Source: Octopus vulgaris (taxonomy: Eukaryota). Taken from it: 64,000 bases of DNA. The DNA is taken from NCBI GenBank assembly GCA_951406725.2, contig OX597826.1, positions 30,256,001 to 30,320,000 of the forward strand, read 5' to 3'. Within the stretch, counting starts at the first letter, position 1; every line of letters begins with the position of its first letter. A model generated the notes under the pieces. The model was given only the letters and a program-made list of their open reading frames with translations, was not told the origin of the DNA and searched no databases. The translations under genes and the position numbers were made by a program. Below, piece by piece: positions 1-15,530 of the stretch.

Positions 1-88
1 TATCATACAGAAGCGCCACCAGCAACGAAGATACAATTTATTTCTTACATCTATAAATATCACTACAAAATTAACAGGATTAATTTTC

Positions 89-970
<882 letters not shown>

Positions 971-1185
971 ATACACATAATTCGCCATATATTATTCATA
1001 ATTATATGTATATGCTGGTGGGTGTTGTGTTGCATGGAGTATATAAAAAGTCGCTTAGTCCGGCTACATCGCCATGAAGATAATGAGGATGATATAATAA
1101 AAAACCTATATCAAAGGGTATGTAGCATATTTTAAAAGAAAAAGATGAGGGAAAGTAACAGCAGCTTTAAAAAATACATAAATTA

Positions 1186-1187
1186 TA

Positions 1188-1234
<47 letters not shown>

Positions 1235-1252
1235 TATATATATATATATATA

Positions 1253-1334
<82 letters not shown>

Positions 1335-1338
1335 TATG

Positions 1339-1385
<47 letters not shown>

Positions 1386-1465
1386 TATGTATATATATAT
1401 ATACATATATATTTATAGACAGACAGACAGACAGACAGACAGATAGATAATTAGATAGATAGATA
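1186..1465. repeat. Compound (TA)n/(TG)n/(GACA)n/(GATA)n microsatellite
   Basis: Seen directly. Confidence 0.95.
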
Positions 1466-1789
1466 TGCATCTTTCTGTATGTAGATATATGTGTGTATAC
1501 CCGTAGGTGAACAAAATAGGAAAGAGAACTCAATGCCAAGTTATAGAGTTATATAAACTTTATCAAGAGTTGTGTATATATTTTTACAGTAAGTTTCGCT
1601 ATAATACTACTCGTCAGTAAAAGAGCGGTAAAATCCTGAATTCCCGTTTTTTTTTATTGAATCTTACAAAGAGTTTGAAGGTAACCTGTTGTGCGTTTTT
1701 TGACAATGTTTTCGGGATTGTGCTGCGTAGAGAGAGTCCCTACGTCTATGTGATATATTTGCTTGTATAACTAAACAAATGTATGAGAG

Positions 1790-2090
1790 ATTCATTCCAG
1801 AAGTTTTGAAGCATTTATTAATTTAGAAGAAGTACAAATCTCTAATTTCCTTCGGAAGATCCTCTGAGATCAGTGCACATCTTGTGGTGCTCCAGCCCTC
1901 CCTGAAGGCTTTGTGAAAGTCCTCCAAAGTGAATCTGTCCAGGACTTTTGTCACAGTCTCCACTTCTCAAGGCCACCAAAACGATTACCCCTGAGGTTCT
2001 CCTTCAGCTTGGGGAACTACCAAAATTTACAAGGAGCACGTTCTGGTTAGTAGAGATAGTGTTGATGTCCATCTCTGTCAAGTTAACAGG
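1790..2090 (-). mobile_element. Degenerate mariner transposase C-terminal remnant
   Basis: Minus strand, across frameshifts, reads FPKLKENLRG...ETVTKVLDRFTLEDFHKAF, matching the mariner C-terminal region after the YSPDLAP motif. Confidence 0.7.
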
Positions 2091-2559
2091 ATGGAAATAT
2101 GACAAGCAGTATTTAGTAAGCTGTGACATGCAGTTTTTAACAGGTTCTCTTCAAAGTGCGGCTACAGTCGTTTCCTTCGATCTGCAATAACAAATGTAGG
2201 CAGCTCAAATTATTAGATGTATAATAATGATGTTCTAAATTTGCAAAAATCTAGGACAGTTACAATTGTCTCCGCAAAAAAAAAGGCTAAATTCGGCTGG
2301 AAAGCACATTATATTATGTATGCTTATAAAAGGAACACTGCGTCGGTTACGACGACGACGGTCCCAGCTGACACGATCAACGGAACATCCTGCTCGTGAA
2401 ATTAACGTGCAAGTGACTGAGCACTCCACAGACACGTGTAGCCCTAACGTATCGAGAAGCTCAGAAAATCGTGACCAGTTCGGTCGAAGGCAACGTGAGA
2501 AACATTGACACCGTTTTAGGCCTTCACAACTCACTTGATAGTTGGAGGAGGGTAACAGA

Positions 2560-2608
2560 AAAAGACAGAGAGAGATAGCGAGAGAGAAAGAGAGGGAGAG
2601 AGAGAGAG

Positions 2609-2680
<72 letters not shown>
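2560..2680. repeat. (GA)n/(GAAA)n microsatellite
   Basis: Seen directly. Confidence 0.95.
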
Positions 2681-2682
<2 letters not shown>

Positions 2683-2802
2683 GGAATTGAGAGAAGCATT
2701 CGGCTGTATATTTTTGGAAGTGTTGGTTGAATATCGGTTATGCAATGACACTTGATCACGTACATATTTAATACCAACACTCTCAAATTTATATTTAAAT
2801 TG

Positions 2803-2863
2803 CTGTACTGAAGAAGAGAAATAAGTAAGTAGATATAACTTTAATCTCGAAACGCGTATGTAG
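2803..2863 (+). ncRNA. Minimal type-I hammerhead ribozyme motif
   Basis: Stem I CUGUA/UGUAG (two G-U pairs), core CUGAAGA 2808-2814, extra A, stem II GAGA/UCUC, GAAAC 2849-2853, self-complementary ACGCGU stem III, GUA cleavage triplet 2856-2858. Confidence 0.7.
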
Positions 2864-3365
2864 TTAATCTGAGTCGTGTGGATTCGTTATTTTTTTCTTT
2901 TTTGCCTACGTGTGTTACTGTTTTATGGTAGCGGAAAAAGTATTTTAACTCCTATTTCTAAATTTTTAAATTTCTGAATTGGCGAAGCAATTAGCTGACT
3001 CCTGATTATAATTATGTTTATAATTATAGAATATTTGTATAATTTTACCTAAAAAGGTTATTTTAATGTACCGAACTACTTGGTAAAATGATTAAATATT
3101 AATTAATTAATTACTTTTACCCTTTTATTATTATTGAAATATATGTATATATATATATATATAATTAAAAAAATACGTGTAGTATATATATAAACATACG
3201 AATATATACTGAATACACATACACAAATGTATATATGCATATACATAGATATACACAAGTATACGTATACCATATACATACCTAGATATATATACGGAGA
3301 TAGAGAGAGAGAGAGAGAGGGAGACTGACAAACAGACAGGCAGATAGATAGAAAGACAGACAGGC

Positions 3366-3427
<62 letters not shown>

Positions 3428-3568
3428 GAACATTCATTCAAGCATATATTATTGTTTGCTTTTATAAGGAGTTACATATAAAATAATTTATCTAAGGCAA
3501 TGACAAAAAGAAAGAGAAATAGTGAGGGAGAGTGTGAGAGAGAAATACTTAGCTGAGAGAAAGAAAGC

Positions 3569-3601
<33 letters not shown>

Positions 3602-4222
3602 CGAGTGAGAGAGAGGGATGTAATATATATATTACAATATATGTAATATATGATATATTACCCTATATTAGATATTTTATTGTATTATATCATATTAGAT
3701 TACATTATATTATATTATATAACTTACAAATATGTCCGACTTATCACACATTTTCTTATCACCGTTACACTGTGTTTAAAGCTTTCGGCTACTTTACTGA
3801 ATTATTGTTCTTCACGTCTAGACACAACCACAGAAAATTTACTGCTGTCAGCATAGCATGTCGCAACATTCAAACAATACGTCTCAGAAAACCTAATTTA
3901 TGGAGAATGAAGTTATACGTCTTCCATGATAAATCAATACCATATTTAACTGACCTTTTACCCGGAGACCTGTTTTACCATTGAAGCAATAAATGGTCGG
4001 TGACGCCAATGCGCAGTCGTGCCGTTGCTGAAGTGTGACGGAGATCTGGTACTTAGCCGTCCATGATAATTTTTATTGGTCACATCATAAAAATTTAGAA
4101 ACTTCGCAAACGTAGAATAAATTTTTTTAGGATCAGTGAATCTCGGAGCAAATAAAGCTATAAATGACAGGATGTAAATAAATATTAGGTTTAAAAAAAT
4201 CTTTGTATAGAGGAATTCGAAG

Positions 4223-4486
4223 TAAAAGTAAAGATAAACTTACTTCTCGAGTCGTGCCGACTCATAAGAACCGGTTTCTCAGTTTCCATGGCGCATATAT
4301 TTCCCCACCAGGATGTGACGCCAGTCCATCGCAGGATTATTCATTTTTGCCAGCTGAGTGGACTGGAAGAACGTGAAATGAAGTGTTTTACTTAAGAAAA
4401 CAATGAATCACCCGGTCCAGGAAACGAAACCACAATCTTACGATCATGAGTCCAACACCCTAACCACCAGGCCACGTGCTTCCACT
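4223..4486 (-). mobile_element. tRNA-derived SINE (family C) with 13-bp target-site duplication
   Basis: A-box GGCCTGGTGGTTAGG and B-box-like GTTTCGTTTCC on minus strand; flanked by GAGGAATTCGAAG at 4210-4222 and 4487-4499. Confidence 0.85.
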
Positions 4487-4959
4487 GAGGAATTCGAAGG
4501 AGTGTTTTGGTCCAATGGTGGAATGCCTGTCATGTATGCAGATGTGGGTTCGTGTCCAGAGGGCAGCCTTCGACTTTTTTTTTTTAATCCAAAGGTTCTC
4601 TAACCGAATACTTACTTGCTACTATTTACACTTTTATTTGCTTCGAGATTCACTTTTCCTAAAAGGAATAGCTATTCGAGTTCCATCGCGTGAAACACGG
4701 CCTTTTGTGTTGATTTTGCTGTTGCATTTGTTATTGATGTGGTTGTTGTTATCGTTGCATTATTTCTGATGTTACTCATGATGGTTGTGGTGTTTTAACT
4801 TCCAAATGAGTTTTAATGATCAAAGCTATTCTAGACACGAGAATCTTTTCAAACGGTTTAGGATATCACCTAAATGGTTTCTGCATTTTACTTTAAGCAA
4901 TTAAGTGTAATTTGATGAGGATTTGCTGATATTTTTAGCAGATCAAATAACAACGTTAA

Positions 4960-5160
4960 GCGATGAGCTGGCCGAATCGTTTGCACGTCGGACAAAACGC
5001 TCAGCTGTATTTCTTGCGACAATTTACGTTCTCTGAGTTCAAATTTCGCTGAGGTGGAACTTTGCTTTTCATCTAGACGGGGTCAATAAAATATAGTACC
5101 AGTGAAATAGTAAGTTGGATGCTATCAACTTGCCGTGTATCCTCAACAGTTGGTGGCCTG
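4960..5160 (+). mobile_element. tRNA-derived SINE (family A), diverged
   Basis: GAGCTGGCCGAATCGTT...GAGTTCAAATTTCGCTGAGG...GGGGTCAATAAAATATAGTACCAG matches other family A copies in the window. Confidence 0.75.
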
Positions 5161-5564
5161 AAACTCTGCAACGGACCGGCGTTCCTTTCAAGGGGAATGT
5201 TGTGATCTTGGACACTTATAGACCATAGAATCTGGATAACCGACCTTGTTAATCTTAGGATCCGAGCGAAAAAAGAAGAAAGAAAAAAGTAGGTAGATGC
5301 CCGGACATTGGCTCATGTTCGTCAATGAAGCATCTATATTCTCACGATTGTAATAAAGATCAAGAACTGTCACCAGGGATAAGACATCAAATGCGCATCC
5401 AAGAAGCCTATCAGAACATCTTTTGTATAGCATCTCGCACTCGATACAGATTTCAGTGTTTGAGTTGAGATTCTAGTATGTGATTGATTTGACATTTTGA
5501 GCCTTTATTTTGTATAAAGACTGGACTAGACTCACCATTCAAAATTGCTGGACTTGTGCCAAAA

Positions 5565-5624
<60 letters not shown>

Positions 5625-5626
<2 letters not shown>

Positions 5627-6032
5627 GGCGACGAGCTGGTAGAATCGTTAGCACGACGGGCGAAATGCCTAGCGGTATTTCGTCTGCCGTTACGTTCTGA
5701 GTTCAAATTCCGCCGAGGTCGACTTTGCCTTTCATCCTTTCGGGGTCGATTAAATAAGTACCAGTTACGCACTGGGGTCGATATAATCGACTTAATCCGT
5801 TTGTCTGTCCTTGTTTGTCCACTCTGTGTTTAGCCCCTTGTGGGTAGTAAAGAAATAGGTATTTCGACCGTCGTTTCGTTCTGGGATCAGATTCCGCCGA
5901 CGTCGAATTTGCCTTTCATCTTTTCGGGGTTGATAAAATAAATACCAGTCAAGTGCTGGGGGTCGATGTGATCGATTAGTCCCATCCCCCAAATTTCTGG
6001 CCTTTTGTCTATAGTAGAAAGGATTATTATTA
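5625..6032 (+). mobile_element. tRNA-derived SINE family A, dimeric form, preceded by (TTA)n
   Basis: AAGGCGACGAGCTGGTAGAATCG head, GAGTTCAAATTCC B-box, central GCCTTTCATCCTTTCGGGGTCGAT domain present twice; (TTA)n at 5567-5624. Confidence 0.9.
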
Positions 6033-6585
6033 TGTAATTTTTTCAAGAAAACTTTTAGATTGCTTTGCAAAGAAATAACAAACAGCTTCTTTCTGTTTGT
6101 TTGTTGGTTGCTTTTTTTTTTTTGTAGACATAGCTGATGGCGTGTTAAAGTTCATTTATAGAAATATCATGATATCTCACGCTGATAAATAATGTGAGAA
6201 ACGCAATAATTAGATACGATCACGTGACATTATATACACACATATTAAACGTTGTGCTGTTTCTTTTCTTGTTATGTCTTGCGATGTTTGTTTTGTATAT
6301 GTTGCCAGAAAGCGAATCGTGATGTGAACGTTAAGGGGGGAAAAGAGACAACAACAAGAACAACAACACTAATAATAATAATAATAATAATAATAATGAT
6401 TGTGATTATATTAATAATAACGTCCGATTCAGCAGAAATTATATAAAGGTAAGCGAAATTTTTTTGAGAGAACATCGGTTTGAGCAGCAAAACAGGAGTG
6501 AGGAAACACTCAAACACTAACACGCCCGTACGCTCGCACGCATTTACACACGCATACAAATTTCTCTCCTGTCTCTCAGCACGTA

Positions 6586-6957
6586 TATACATACATACAT
6601 ACATACATACATACATACATACATACATACATACATACATACATACATACATACATACATACATACATACATACATACATACATACATACATACACACAT
6701 ACATACATACATACATACATACACACATAAATACATACATACATACATACATACATACATACATACATACATACATACATACATACATACATACATACTC
6801 TTTCACTCGTTTCATCCATTTAACTGAGGTCATGCTGAAGCACCGCCTTTAGTCGAGCAAATCGACCCGAGGACTTATTCTTAGTAAGCCTGGTACTTAT
6901 TCTATCGGTCTCTTTTGCCGAACCGCTAAGTTACGAGGACGTTAACACGCCAGCATA
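6586..6957 (-). mobile_element. (TACA)n array plus 3' half of SINE family B
   Basis: 6798-6957 is the reverse complement of the 3' part of the full copy at 21856-22265. Confidence 0.8.
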
Positions 6958-7019
6958 CTTACATACATACATATACACATGCATACTTACATATGTGTTT
7001 GTGTGTGTGTATGTTAGAC

Positions 7020-7137
7020 AGGAAGATAGACAAAGAGACAGATAGATAGATAGATAAAAAAATAAATAGATAGATACACAGACACACAAACAGACAAACA
7101 GACAGACAGAGAGATAGAGAGATAGATAGATAGATAG

Positions 7138-7171
<34 letters not shown>

Positions 7172-7212
7172 GTGATTCACAGACAAATATATATATATAT
7201 ATATATATACGT

Positions 7213-7266
<54 letters not shown>

Positions 7267-7290
7267 GGATATAGACAGACAGATAGATAT
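7020..7290. repeat. (GATA)n/(GACA)n/(TA)n microsatellite
   Basis: Seen directly. Confidence 0.95.
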
Positions 7291-8239
7291 ACTCGCACAC
7301 TTGGGCACATATACTATTTAGCAATGGGACTTGCCCTGGTTCTATATTTCACGAGATTCTTTGTGTCTCCTTGGTAGTCTTGAGTAAATTTGGTGATGAC
7401 GTCCTTTCATCAAAGACAGTTTGTCTGTGAGCAAAGACTTTTAAAGAAATTTATCAGGTGGTACGTACTTTATCGCAGAATGCCCTTTATTAAATTAATT
7501 TCTGGAATCTCAAACAAATATTTGGTCTCTCTTTCAATTTTGTCTCAGAGGTTTCGGCTGCCGTAAACTTTTATCTTTCCCATCTTTTCGTTGTATAGTG
7601 TACTAAGAGCTACATTACTCAATGTGCTTTGTTTTGTTTTAGAGAATTAGGGAGTCCTTTGAGAGAGATTTAGCTGTTTTATTTAGCTGCGCAAGCGGCT
7701 AGATATAGGCTCCCCTACTCTGCATTAAGTTTCTGGTGGCAGTCATAATATGGAAAGGTAAATGACTTTGTTAAAACTACTGAATCTCTTGTTCTGCACT
7801 CTCTAACTGTATCGCTTGGTTAAAACGTTCACCTCACAATCATGAAACGACGGGTTCAATCCCCCTGCCTGGCTTCTGAGCTATTTGTCTTTTCTCATAT
7901 CATCGGGTCAATTTATACGTTGTGGTTAAAACTAGTTACACGGAAGCCTGCCTGGTAGACCGTACTTGTAATCCAGACAACTAACCTTGTGCCGCATTGC
8001 TTGACGCTGATTCTATCTGACAATTACTTTAATGGGATAACTTTAATGGGATAATACTCGCTCACTTATATGGTAACTAAATAAGTAGGTCGGTTTGTTG
8101 ATCTGATCAACGGAGTACTTACCGTCGAAACCGACAGAGAACCATTTAACATGTGTTTGTGGTGTTTTTGTATGTACTATGTTTGAGAGATGATATTTTA
8201 GTTATAAGGCTTTAGAAGTGTTTGAAGGGTTTCGTTTGA

Positions 8240-8430
8240 TCTTATAGTTGTTGCTTAGGCCCAGGGTATCCTTAATCAAAGGCATTCCAGGCTTGACCAT
8301 CCTGTCTTTATCCACACAATACACTCAAAATCAAAATATCTCGATATTACAACAAATATTTATAAGACAGGTGAGAATAACTTGTTGCTGATTTGGCTGC
8401 TATTACTAGCAGGACAAGTGACCAAGTAAA
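8240..8430 (-). mobile_element. Old interspersed repeat (family D, (CAA)n-tailed)
   Basis: ATTTGGCTGCTATTACTAGC and GGCATTCCAGGCTTGACCATCC motifs recur near 4780-4960, 7560-7720, 9900-10680, 49970-50170, 53600-53860 and 63290-63790. Confidence 0.6.
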
Positions 8431-10026
8431 AGAACTTTCTTAAGTAAATATGTGAAGGCACAGTGAAATGCATATTAGTTGCTTCATCAAAAATATGCAT
8501 CTCACAGGAGCTTTGACATATTTGCCCATGCTTTTAAAATTAGCAGGCCAGAATTCCCTCGAGCTACTGCCTTTTATCCTCATACTTCATTGATATCATC
8601 TTATCTGCATGTAATATCTCTCTCTCTCACTCACTCCCACTCTCTTCGTACACACACACACATCCACCTGCATAATTTTGCTGCTAATGCTGAAGAAATG
8701 GATTGATTGTAGTGCGAAACAGATCCAACCTGCTGACGTAATAACTGCAATCAGCTGGATGAAACACGTGCATTATATAACACATGATATATCAATTAAG
8801 TTTTGCATGTATGCGTGTGTGTGTGCGTGTGTGTATGATACACGTGTGCATATATATAAATAGACACACAAAAGCATTAAAAAAATAGCTTCGCACATAG
8901 ACAGGAAGTTAAGACCGTAAAATCAAAATTTGATCTACCATTTTTAATGATGACTTTTCTGCTTTTAGTAATTTGCTATAAGGCTCAATGATGTAATAGT
9001 AGCAGTAACATCAACAGCAGCAGTAGTAGTAGAGGGGGTAGTAGTAGTGGTAGAGTGGTGGGAGTAATATTAGTAACAACTGCAGCCGCAACAACAGTAG
9101 TAGTGGTGTTTGTAGTGGTAGTAGTAGTAGCAGCAACATTTCAGCAACAGTAGTAGTAGTAGTAGCAACAACCGCAGCAGCAGCAGAAGAAGTGGTAGTA
9201 GTGATGGTGGTGGTAGTGGTAGAACTGAGAATAAAGCCAATAAGAATAGTTTTTCGTCTTATCTTTAAAAAAAAATTAATCTAAATAATGTTTTGATAAA
9301 GAAATAATAATTAAATAGAAAGAAATTTGAAGCTGGAATAGACTTAATTCACGTTATTTTGAGGGGGAAAAAATTACAAAGATTTTTAAAATAACAAAAT
9401 TTACTATTTCTGTTTTTTGTATCTTTGAGGAAGTTATAATTTGAAGAATGGCCGAAAATTAATGAAAAAAAATCAGAGAAAAACGATTATGATCAGTCAT
9501 TTAGACTGTAGCAGGAGAAGGAAAAAAAAGACCTACACAAGAGGCAAAGAGAAAAAAAATTAATTTTTTTGTTCTTAATTATAATTACGAAAGTTATATA
9601 ATATCATTTTAGTAAAAGGATATAAAAAAACGATATTGCTTTGTTCTGGAAGTTATTTATTATCTTTTCTAGAATTTTCTAAATGCTTCTAGAATACGCG
9701 AAATTCTTTGTAATTGGGAGTAACGTTTTTCTTCCTTCTGAATAATTTGGGGGAAAGAAGAGAGAGAGGGTGGGGAATCAATACGTAACGAAAAGTCAAT
9801 ATATTCGCTAATTACGAGTTACCATACGGAGTTACGTCCCCATCTCTATGTTTCGAATTTTCCTTTTTGCGGTGGGGGGATATGACCAGCACATCTTGGT
9901 GTTGGGATTTTGCCTTAAATCAGTCCTGATTGAGTAGACCTCTGTTCTAAGAACTTCAAGCCATGGCCGTCTTTTCATTTCGCGGGGAGAAAGGGCATTG
10001 TGCACCTTGAACTATATTGTAGAATG

Positions 10027-10441
10027 GGATCTTTTCGGTTTGAACGGCAGTTTTTAACATAATTTCTAGGTAACTAGAAAAATTTTAAACTTCGTATACT
10101 GGTAGAATGTGTTTATAAACATCTTTTTCTCTTGGCTTTATTGAGAAAATTCTATAATTTGTAAGATATTTGTTGTTTTTCTTCTTCAATTTCTGCAATT
10201 TCAACCAATCAGTGACGTCTATTGACTTAAAAAGCATTCTGTGCCGTATGAATATGTTCCTCCTTTAAGAAACAGATTGGGTTTATTTACATTTATGAAG
10301 AAAAAAAGATATCCTTCCCCCACCCCCAACCCTAACCCTAAAAGAGATTGAAATGCAATAGATCGATTCTAGGGTCATAATTATGGGTGACAATTTCATA
10401 TCACACAGCTAGAAAAACTGCCGTTCAAACCGAAAAGATCC
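10027..10441. mobile_element. MITE with 29-bp perfect TIRs and ~8-bp TSD
   Basis: GGATCTTTTCGGTTTGAACGGCAGTTTTT (10027-10055) and its exact reverse complement (10413-10441); flanks GTAGAATG / GTAAAATG. Confidence 0.9.
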
Positions 10442-10903
10442 GTAAAATGTTTCCTTCTCTTTGACTGTATGGACGCAGTTCATCTACATACACATTAGAT
10501 ACTGATTTGAAGAGGCACATTGCATCCTCATTATACACATTAGACCCAGACCTAAGACCGCTTGATTGTGATTTGAGGGGTTACATTAGATATGCAACCA
10601 TACTTACGCTGTGTCTTTTTCTAAGACGGATTTCATACATTTTGAAGGAGATTACGCTGGTTTGACTAGTAATGGAGTAAGCAAACCGATCCTGCTTCAG
10701 AATTAGGTTCTAACTCTGTACTTCACAAATTCTATATTTTATAGACCCTAAATTGACTTGAGCTGCGGACGTAAACATTCAGTAAAAATACGGCAAGACA
10801 TTTTGTCCAATGGTTTTAACGAATTTGTCAATATATCGCTGACTTTCTCGACTAAGTCGACTAAAGAAGATCGGTTGTTCAATCTCGCACTGTTTAGTGA
10901 TCC

Positions 10904-10944
<41 letters not shown>

Positions 10945-10946
<2 letters not shown>

Positions 10947-11290
10947 TTCTACTCTAGGAACAAGGCCCGAAATTTTGGGGGAGGGTTCCTGTCGATTAGA
11001 TCGACCCCAGTAAGCAACTGGTAGTTAATTTATTGACTGTGAAAGGATGAAAGGCAAAGTCGGCTTTCTTATCATAGGCACAAGTCGTAAAATTTTGGGG
11101 GAGGGGCTAATCGATAATATCACTCTGAGCGCTCAATTGGTCCTTATCTGATCGACTCAGTATTCATCAACCCGAAAAGCATTAATGAGGAAGCGACATC
11201 GGCGAAATTTGAGCTCTGAGCGTAAAAATGGACGAAACGCCGCTAAGCATTTTGTATGGCGCGTTAACGACTCTGCCAGCCGCCTGCCTC
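10945..11290 (-). mobile_element. SINE family A copies next to (TAA)n
   Basis: Reverse complement of family A head and central domain; (TAA)n at 10905-10945. Confidence 0.8.
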
Positions 11291-11770
11291 ATTATTAGTA
11301 ACAATAGTATAAAACTATAACAAAACGAGGAAGTTAAATCCGAAAGCAAACAAACAAATAAAATTAAGGAAAAAATATAATGAAGCAATCACGCTTAATT
11401 AACAAACTGCGTTGCTTATCGGAACTTAATTCCCTGTCTTAGATTAACCTCGCTCCCAAAGTAGTAACACACATCACGCTTCTTGATATAAGTTAAAAAT
11501 AGTATAAGCTAGAGGCTGACGTATACAACAGCAGAAGGTGGTGGTGGCGGTGGTCGTGATGTAGGTGGTACTAAAAATAGAATGATATGGAAAAAGAAAG
11601 ATGGGTGCAAGCGAAAAGTACTCTTAGACACGAGTAAACGAAGATTTTTAAATGAATATTTGAAAGGAGAATAATTATAAAAAATAAATATATATTAAAT
11701 TCGGATAATTATTTCCTGAAACTGTTATCAACTTCTTTCCTGTCGATATACACATATATACTTATGTATG

Positions 11771-11821
<51 letters not shown>

Positions 11822-11992
11822 ACTCGTACACACGAGGTGTGTGTGTATATATACAAACGCATAGTAAGCCAAGTAGTCTTATTTATAGAGCTGTTCTTTA
11901 AGAAAAGATAAACCAACATTTACTGCAGACTAAAGAAATACGAAATCCCAGGTGAAAAGAAACGATTTAAACCATAAACATTCTAATAATAG

Positions 11993-12300
<308 letters not shown>

Positions 12301-13184
12301 TGCGTGTAATTTCTTGAAATCCATACTAATTGTTTCCGAATGGATAACTGTAACAGAGAGAGGGAGAAAAGAGAGAGAAAGAGAGCCAGGAACTTTTTCA
12401 ACATCCCTTCGTATACACCTGTGTGTTCGTGTGCATGTTTGCTTGTGTGTTTGTGTTTGTGTGTGTGTGTGTATATTTGTGAGTGTGTGTGTGCGTGTAT
12501 ACACGCAAATACACACACGCACACACACACACGCACAGACACGCACACACACATATATACACACATACACACACACTCCGCGTATATGCTGTCCTACTTG
12601 TAATTGTTTATTTCTATTTCATTATTTGTGTGTGTATGTGTGTGTATGTATGTGTGTGTATGTGTGTGTGTGCGTGAGAGAGAGAGAGAGAGAGAGAGGA
12701 GAGAGTTTGTGCGCTCGCACGCATGGCAAAAGCAGTGATTTGTGTTTATACATAAATAAATAAACGTATGCAGATATATGATTGCATGTATATATATATA
12801 TGCATGCGTATATTTATATATGTATGTATGAATGCATATATCACTGTGGATGCATGCATGCACGAGCGTATATAATTTGTGCATCATGCAAGAAAATTAG
12901 TACTTTCTCCAATAGTTTTCAGGAATGGTGGTGCTTCAATGGATAAAAGAAAAATACCGCAAGGTACAAATTATCTTTCTGTATAAATCATAGATTTAAC
13001 ATTTCGAACTGCAAGAGACCGCACCAAAAATGTTTCCCTGAAGCCACCCAACAGCGAAACAGCACCAAAAGCCCAAGAGTTTTGAACGATTTTGTGAAGA
13101 GTTGACATCATGCATGCGCACTGTCTATGTTTTTTTTTCGTTTTGTTTCTTAAATTTAGCTATTAATTTGTGAAACTGGAATTA

Positions 13185-14035
13185 CGAAGTGGCTGAGATT
13201 TTAGCGTATCTGACAAAAATGCTTTGTGATACTTGTTTCGACCCAGTTCAAAACACGCAGGAGCGTAGTTTGCCATTTATTCCTTATCGACAACTTGTAA
13301 AAGTATGGCGACGAGATGGAAGAATCGCTAGAGTACTGACAAAATGCTTACTAGCATTTCGTTCGTCATTAAATTTTGAGTTCGAATTCTGCCGAAGTCT
13401 ACTTTACTTTTCATTCTTTCGGGGTTGTGCACTGGGGTTGTGCATTCCCGTCAAGCTACGGTAGCTTGACTGGAATGCGCTCCGTGTTCTTGGACACAGT
13501 CAATCGACGAGTTTTGGTGTATAGTGAATCCGCTTGGTTGTAGTCGTTGAATGAAAAAGCGCTGAATTAATATGGCAAGAGACTGGGCCCGCGTTCCAAT
13601 CATAACATTCGCCGAGGAAATTGTTTAGCGGCATTTCGTCCGTTATTACTTTCTGAGTTCAAATTCCACTAAGGCTGACTTTGCCTTTCATCCTTTCGAG
13701 TTCGATAAAGTAAGTACCAGTCAAACACGGGGGGGGGGTTCGATGTAATCGAATTGTTCTCCCTCCCCCAAAATTTCAGGCCTTGTACCTTTATTAGAAA
13801 GGTTTATCATTTTGTTGTTCTTCTTGATTTTATCTTTGTTGTCGAAGGCGGTGAGCTGACAGAATCGGTAGCTCGCAGGAAACCATTTAGCAGCATTGCT
13901 TCCGGTTTTATTTTCTAAGTTCAAATACTACCAAGGTTGACTTTGCTGTTCATTTCTTTCAGTGTTGAGCACTGTGGTCGATGAAATCTACAGCCCCACC
14001 CCTCAAATGGACTGGCCTTGTGCCAAAACATTATT
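13185..14035 (+). mobile_element. Cluster of 3-4 diverged SINE family A copies
   Basis: Repeated GGCGACGAGATGG/GGCGGTGAGCTGAC heads and GAGTTCAAATTCC...CTTTGCCTTTCATCC domains. Confidence 0.75.
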
Positions 14036-14493
14036 ATTTGCTGTTATTGTTTCCCGCTATATCCGAGATATCCGATATATTATACGAGAACTGTAGCGTT
14101 TTTCTTTTCCTTAATTTGAATTGACAGCTTCACGAAAGAATTTTAAGGCAATCGTTTACTAGTTCTTTCCGCTAAACCTAAAACTTCAAGTACCCCGTTG
14201 AAAATACAGCATTTTTACCGTTTTACAACTCTGCATATTTTTGTAAAGGAGTTCGCTAATTGGTTTAGACCATTTTGCGAAAAGAAGAGGGTGGGTGGAC
14301 GTAGATGATGGGGAGGGGCGGTAAATTGAAGAAATGGAAGAACGTACGTGTTTGGTTTGGTTTGGTTTCTAGGAGATTTTTCTTCCTTTTTCTTTAGAAA
14401 TAATGTTTTGGTTAGTGCACTTAAAAACATATCCTGTTTTGATATTTGGTGGGGGACAAATTACATACATACAAATAAGTGTGCACATCTTTC

Positions 14494-14891
<398 letters not shown>

Positions 14892-15261
14892 TTTGCATTC
14901 ATATTTCCATACATTTTCTGTCCTAGGATTCTACTATGAAGTGTCATAAATAATCTAGATTGAAATCTTAAACGTTGATTTCTGTTACACTTCATATCAT
15001 TTGGAATTTCTGCTGTCATAGGCATGGAATTTAAATGTGATGCTTCATAGAAACAGATATAGACTAAATACAGTTGCCTAAGTGATTTGTGATCTTCACG
15101 TGTTAAAATGTGAGGTATTGTGTTTAGTTTATGCTGTTAAACATCATAGTAACGCTGCATTGAGAGAAACGGAAGGTAGGAACTCTGTGGTGTAATAGAA
15201 ATTGTCATACAATTCTATACTTCTGAGGTGAGGAGTTTAAATTATTTATATTATTCATGTG

Positions 15262-15530
15262 AAGGCGCGTGGCCAATTAGCTAGGTTGTTGCGCTCACGA
15301 TGTCTCGCGAGATCGTTGGTTCGATACCCTGATTGGTCAACGCTTTGTGTTCTTAAGCAAAACACTTCATTTCTCATTGCTCCAGCCCCCCTTTGCGATC
15401 AGCAGGAATCGTTGGCCTGCTCGCCTAGCTAGCGGGGTGGCATCATTCGAAGGTTAAAAACAATGCAAAAGCGCATTGTGACTAGCGGTGTGTAACAATA
15501 TCTTATAACCTGGTCGGTCATGTGATCACG
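15262..15530 (+). mobile_element. tRNA-derived SINE family C
   Basis: GAAGGCGCGTGGCC head, GGTTCGATACC B-box; 3' part matches the reverse complement of 25505-25640. Confidence 0.75.

Noticed and set aside
5625-5720. tRNA-like A/B boxes as tRNA genes (all SINE heads)
   Set aside because: No intact cloverleaf, and each is followed by SINE body sequence.
8685-8730. CTGAAGA...GAAAC hammerhead-like spacing
   Set aside because: No stem I or stem II complementarity.
10320-10345. Interstitial telomere
   Set aside because: Only 2-3 units, and they lie inside a MITE.
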